From Camelus ferus (lineage: Eukaryota): a stretch of 64,000 nt of DNA. The translations under genes were made by a program, and so were the position numbers. Below, in pieces: positions 59,801-64,000 of this stretch. How positions within the stretch are numbered: the first letter of the stretch is position 1; the number at the start of each line of letters is the position of its first letter. Where the stretch lies: the NCBI RefSeq assembly GCF_009834535.1, contig NC_045704.1, positions 60,078,001-60,142,000 on the forward strand, written 5' to 3'. The notes beneath the pieces were generated by a model. It was not told the origin of the DNA. It did not search any database and was given only the letters and a program-made list of their open reading frames with translations.

Positions 59801-62800
59801 TTGAGACGGTGGCATATTGCTATCCCTTAGTCCTAGTGGCAGCCACTGACCTGGAGCCTGGGCTTTTGTCCCCTAGGTGTAGTGGCAGGTGAACATGAAT
59901 TAAAGAACTAGTTCCTTCCTTACTTCATCTGTACATCCAACAAACTTCCTTGAAAATCTCTGTACCGCACTAGAAGGAGAGAGGTAAGGTCCTGGCCCTG
60001 AAGGAGCCCAGAGCCCATGGGAGGAAGACGTGTGAAGAGAAACTGGAGCTTCTGCGACAGGGGTACATGAGGTGCCACGCAGAGCTGAGAGCAGGAGGAG
60101 GAAGGGTCAGAGAACGGGAGGTGGCAGGGTGACTGCAAAAGAGGTTGTATGTGAGCTGAGTCCTGAACAAAAAGGAGGAGCTGCCCAGATGGACAAGCTG
60201 GCCAAGAGTCAATCAGGCAGAGGGAGGAATAACATCTCAGGTTCCAGAAAAGTAAAAGAGTCAGTGGGACCCCCTTTTAAACACCTACCATGATCCAGGC
60301 ACTGTGCTAGGTGATGTAACATATATTTCCCCGTTCTCATCCTTCGGATACGCGTGCGAGGTAAATGCTATTAACCCATTTCATAATATGAAAACTGAGG
60401 CTCCCAGTAGTTGTGACCTGCCAAAGGTCCTGCAGCCAGAAAGCGGCAGAGTCAGGCTTTGAACACGGACCATCTGGCTCCAGATCTCATAGTCTTTCTC
60501 TCACCCCAGCATTCCTCCTTCGGAAGTGGACCCTACAAGACAAACTTGGAGCCCGACCCAGTGACCCACATGTGAAAGGGCCACAGCTCCGCTAGCAGGA
60601 GGGAGAAGTGAGAGACTGTTGGCAGAAGGTGTGCTCTGGGCGGGGTTGCGGTGAGGTGGGTGGTTGATGGCGACAGTGGGCAGAGAAGGGAGAATGTGGG
60701 TGACCTGGAAATGCCAATCTCTCTTATTCTGGGTTTATTTTAAGTTGAATGACTGTACTCCGGGTTGCCATTGCCTAATCATTTCCATTTAAATCTCCCT
60801 TACAGCTAAATCTTATGCTAAAAATTTACCGGCCCACAAATTTTTGTTAACCAGCCTGCTACGAATACGATACAGATGGCCAAATAAATAAAACCCATCG
60901 GTAGTTATGACAAGCCTCCCTGAAATGGTAAGTGGCCTTGGGCTCCTGGGATGCGGCTTCGAGAAGACTGACTTAAATAATGAACAGGAAGATGAAGCAA
61001 ACATTAGGTCTCCGGGCATTGCGTAGGCCCTGCCAAGCTGGCACCCCAGCTTCTGCAGACACCCTTAGTTGGCAAGCTCTCTTTTTCATGAAACACGGGG
61101 TATGACAGACACCCATCATCATAATAAAATAACCGCACGAGCTAATTTCCCAAGGCTTCGGTCTCGGCAGGGAAGGATATAATACTGCAAGCCAGCAGAA
61201 GCCAACCAAGTGGTGATACAGTAGTTCTGTTTTACATTACATTAAATGTTACTATTTCTGAAGGGGATGTCTGTGGAGCACTGGTGTTACCCATAGCAAC
61301 CAGCTAATAAATTGTAACTTACACTGCCTCAGCTTATTGTAGGGGTGGAGAACAGCAGGGGAAAAAAAAGACCAAAATTTAAAAAAAAAAGGCAAATGCT
61401 GGCAAAAATGCCACATTTTCCCTGCTCTCACCACCTCCCCTACACACAAGCGCACACGCGTGCGCGTGCGCACACACACACACTACCACAGATGCGGGCT
61501 GCATCAGCATTTTCTAGCAAAATTGCTTAAGGTGAAGTGGGACAATTAGCAGCCAAGGGTTTAAAATTCTTGACCTTCATATTTATATAGATGGTGCCTC
61601 TTTTAAAGCTCAGAAGGTATGCTTTAAATGTTTCTGACTCTGGGCGCTGCCCTTTACAAGGATGACCACGGGCATCTGCTCACAGCCTCTGTCGAGGTAA
61701 CAGTCTTCAGCGTCAAGCCTGCACCTGGAATTAAGCTGTTCACCTTTCCCCTTTCTGTCTGCAAATAGCTCATGCCTAATTGTCCCCCTCCTTCAAACTC
61801 ACAGCAGGCTGGCGAGCCTTGCTCGTTGCTACACTGAGCCTACTCTGTGGCCCCAAGACCAATAGATTCTTTCCTTCCATTGACTCCTGTTCCGGGAGCC
61901 ATTCAGTCTTTTATGCATCCATTTGGTCTCTCCAAAACTTGGGCCTTGGGTCTGTATTTACACTTTGTGGCCTTCAGACAGTCTGTTCATCTGTGTGGGC
62001 TGATGAACTGTGTAGTCTACCTACCTGTCCACGTGAACAGCATTGAACTTAATGAAATTGCTCCCTCCTCTGAAATGCCCATCACTCAGCCACCTGGGAC
62101 AAAGTGACTGACGCTCATACCACCTGAATAAGTGTCCCGGGCATCCTCTTTCTGTCTGGCCATCTCTGCTCTGTGTGCAGAATTGGGGAGCTGGAGAGTG
62201 CACCGAGGCTCAGACCAGAGGGTGCTCAGGATCAAGAACAACCTCGGGTACTTAAGAGCTGAGTGTCATTTGGCAAAACCATTTTGCTTCTGGGAACTTA
62301 ATCTCCTCATTTGCAAGTGACAATACTGGATCAGTTAGCACACGTTTAGCTACAGTAACAGAAAACCCAACTGACAACGCTTTAAAAAGGAAGAAACATA
62401 TATGTATCACTGAATCACTATGCTGTACACCAGAAACTAACACAACATTATATATCAACTATACTTCAATTAAAAAAATTAATTTATTAAAAGGAGGAAA
62501 CATTTTCTCATAAGGCAATGGTAGGAGAAACTGGAGACTGTTTCCAGTTCCCTGTAATTCTCTCCTGTGGGTTCCTTTCATCATCAAGTTCTCCACACCA
62601 GAGTGTGTCTCTACTGCAGTCTGTGTGTCCGTCTGCTCGCCCAGACCTGCCAATCTCACTCATCCCCAAAAGCCCCTGCCTCCAGCTCCGTGCCTGGATG
62701 TGGTCAGAAGGAAGGGATGGGTGAGTGAGTGAATGAGGGAGTGATTCTAAACCGTCTCCCTTCTCATAGAAGAAAAAGGGAATTGGGGGAAAACAAAAAG

Positions 62801-62989
62801 CTGTAATATGGGGGGAATGCTCTGTAAACTGTAACATGCTGCAAAGTATTCATTACTACATTCAGGAAGGTTCCCGCCATAGGAGCAGCCTCTTGGGTGC
62901 CAGTGTGAGCTCTAAGGCACACCGTAATGTCAGTGCGGTGTTTGATGGGACAATGGAGGGAAGATATTTTTTGTCCAGGAAAAGTAGAT

Positions 62990-63720
62990 GACTTTTGGCC
63001 CCTAAAAACAAAACAAAAACAAAAACACCCACAGTATAATCATTAATTACAAAAGTCAAAAGTTGTCTTTACACTGAAGAGATCTGATAGACATCCCCTT
63101 AGCCAAATAATTAAACTTGGCATCACAAACAATGAGGGCAACTGACCTTACGACTTCATGGCCTCCTGATGTGTGCAGTGGGGTCCACACGGTATCACCT
63201 GTGTATCTTCCCTCAGACACTCAGCCTGAATATGATCATGAGGAAGCAATCAGCAAACCCCAGGTCATGGGACAGTCAGCAGGAAAACCAGCTGGACGTT
63301 TTTGAATAATGTCAGTGTCAGGAAGACAAAAAGTCAAAAGGCAGGTCTCTTGCGAATTCACAGAGACTAAGAAGATATAACAACCAAACTGCAATGAGTG
63401 AATCTGGTTGGTTCCTTCTCACAAAAATGCTATAAAATGTATTTTTTTGACAGTTGGACTATACATTGGATAATCCTATCACACTAATGTTAAATGTCTT
63501 CAGTGTAATTGTCGTATTTTAGGAGAATGTCATTCTTAGTAGTTCCATCGTGACATGTCATAAATGTCAATAACTTACTTTGAAATAGTTTAGGGGGAAA
63601 AAAACCTAGACACAAATACACTCATGTAAATACACACACCGCACACAACACTCAGGCACACATATGCGTGGAGGGAAGAAGCGAATGTGGCGAAATGGGA
63701 GGGCAACATAAATATTCACT
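62990..63720 (+). mobile_element. L1MC-type 3'UTR relic
   Basis: ctttacactgaagagatctgatagacatccccttagccaaataattaaactt ... cctgaatatgatcatgaggaagcaatcagcaaaccc. Confidence 0.7.
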
Positions 63721-64000
63721 GTGCTGTTCTTTCAAGGTTTCTGTAGCTTTGAATTATTTTAATCTAAAATATTGGGCGGAAAGACATTAGCAGAGAGCAT
63801 CAGAATCCTCTTTACTCCTTCAGACACTGTTCTGGTTAGACATTTACATTGTGTCCATTTTGATTCTTTCAGTTTTTATTATCATGCATTTGTCTTTGGA
63901 ATTCTTCTACCCAGGCTAAATTAGAAAAATCAGGGCAACGTGTCAGAGCACACCCATTTGTAAGGATGCACCAGGCTTTCAAAAACATCAGCTGGGCTCC

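Noticed and set aside
15700-64000. Exons of the usual neighbours IGSF3, CD58 or PTGFRN, or an intact second CD2 copy
   Set aside because: No recognisable exons of these genes were found in any frame.
1-64000. CRISPR arrays, operons or other prokaryote-type systems
   Set aside because: The sequence is mammalian, and no regularly spaced repeat-spacer array or operon-like gene cluster is present.

Overview
Mammalian genomic DNA, most likely a camelid. The species call is an inference from repeated tRNA-Ala-derived SINEs of the vic-1 type and cetartiodactyl-style L1 tails. The window holds one complete protein-coding gene, CD2, on the minus strand: 5 coding exons at 15565..2950 with canonical splice sites, a promoter E-box, a polyA signal and a T-cell-type motif cluster where the 3' enhancer is expected. 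As assembled, CD2 exon 5 has a 1-nt insertion that shifts the conserved C-terminal PPLPKPRV motif out of frame; this is either an assembly error or a real variant. The other ~48 kb upstream of CD2 is intergenic and repeat-rich (L1, L2, L3/CR1, MIR, MLT/ERV LTRs, MER DNA transposons, SINEs). It contains a 5'-truncated processed CNOT3 pseudogene nested inside an old L1, several candidate enhancers, and a few exon-like or retrocopy-like orphan segments I cannot identify. There are two N gaps. I see no convincing novel multi-gene system. The most unusual items are the CD2 tail changes, the CNOT3 retrocopy and the orphan coding-like relics at ~32 kb and ~42 kb. All repeat family names are from memory of consensus sequences, and repeat boundaries are approximate.
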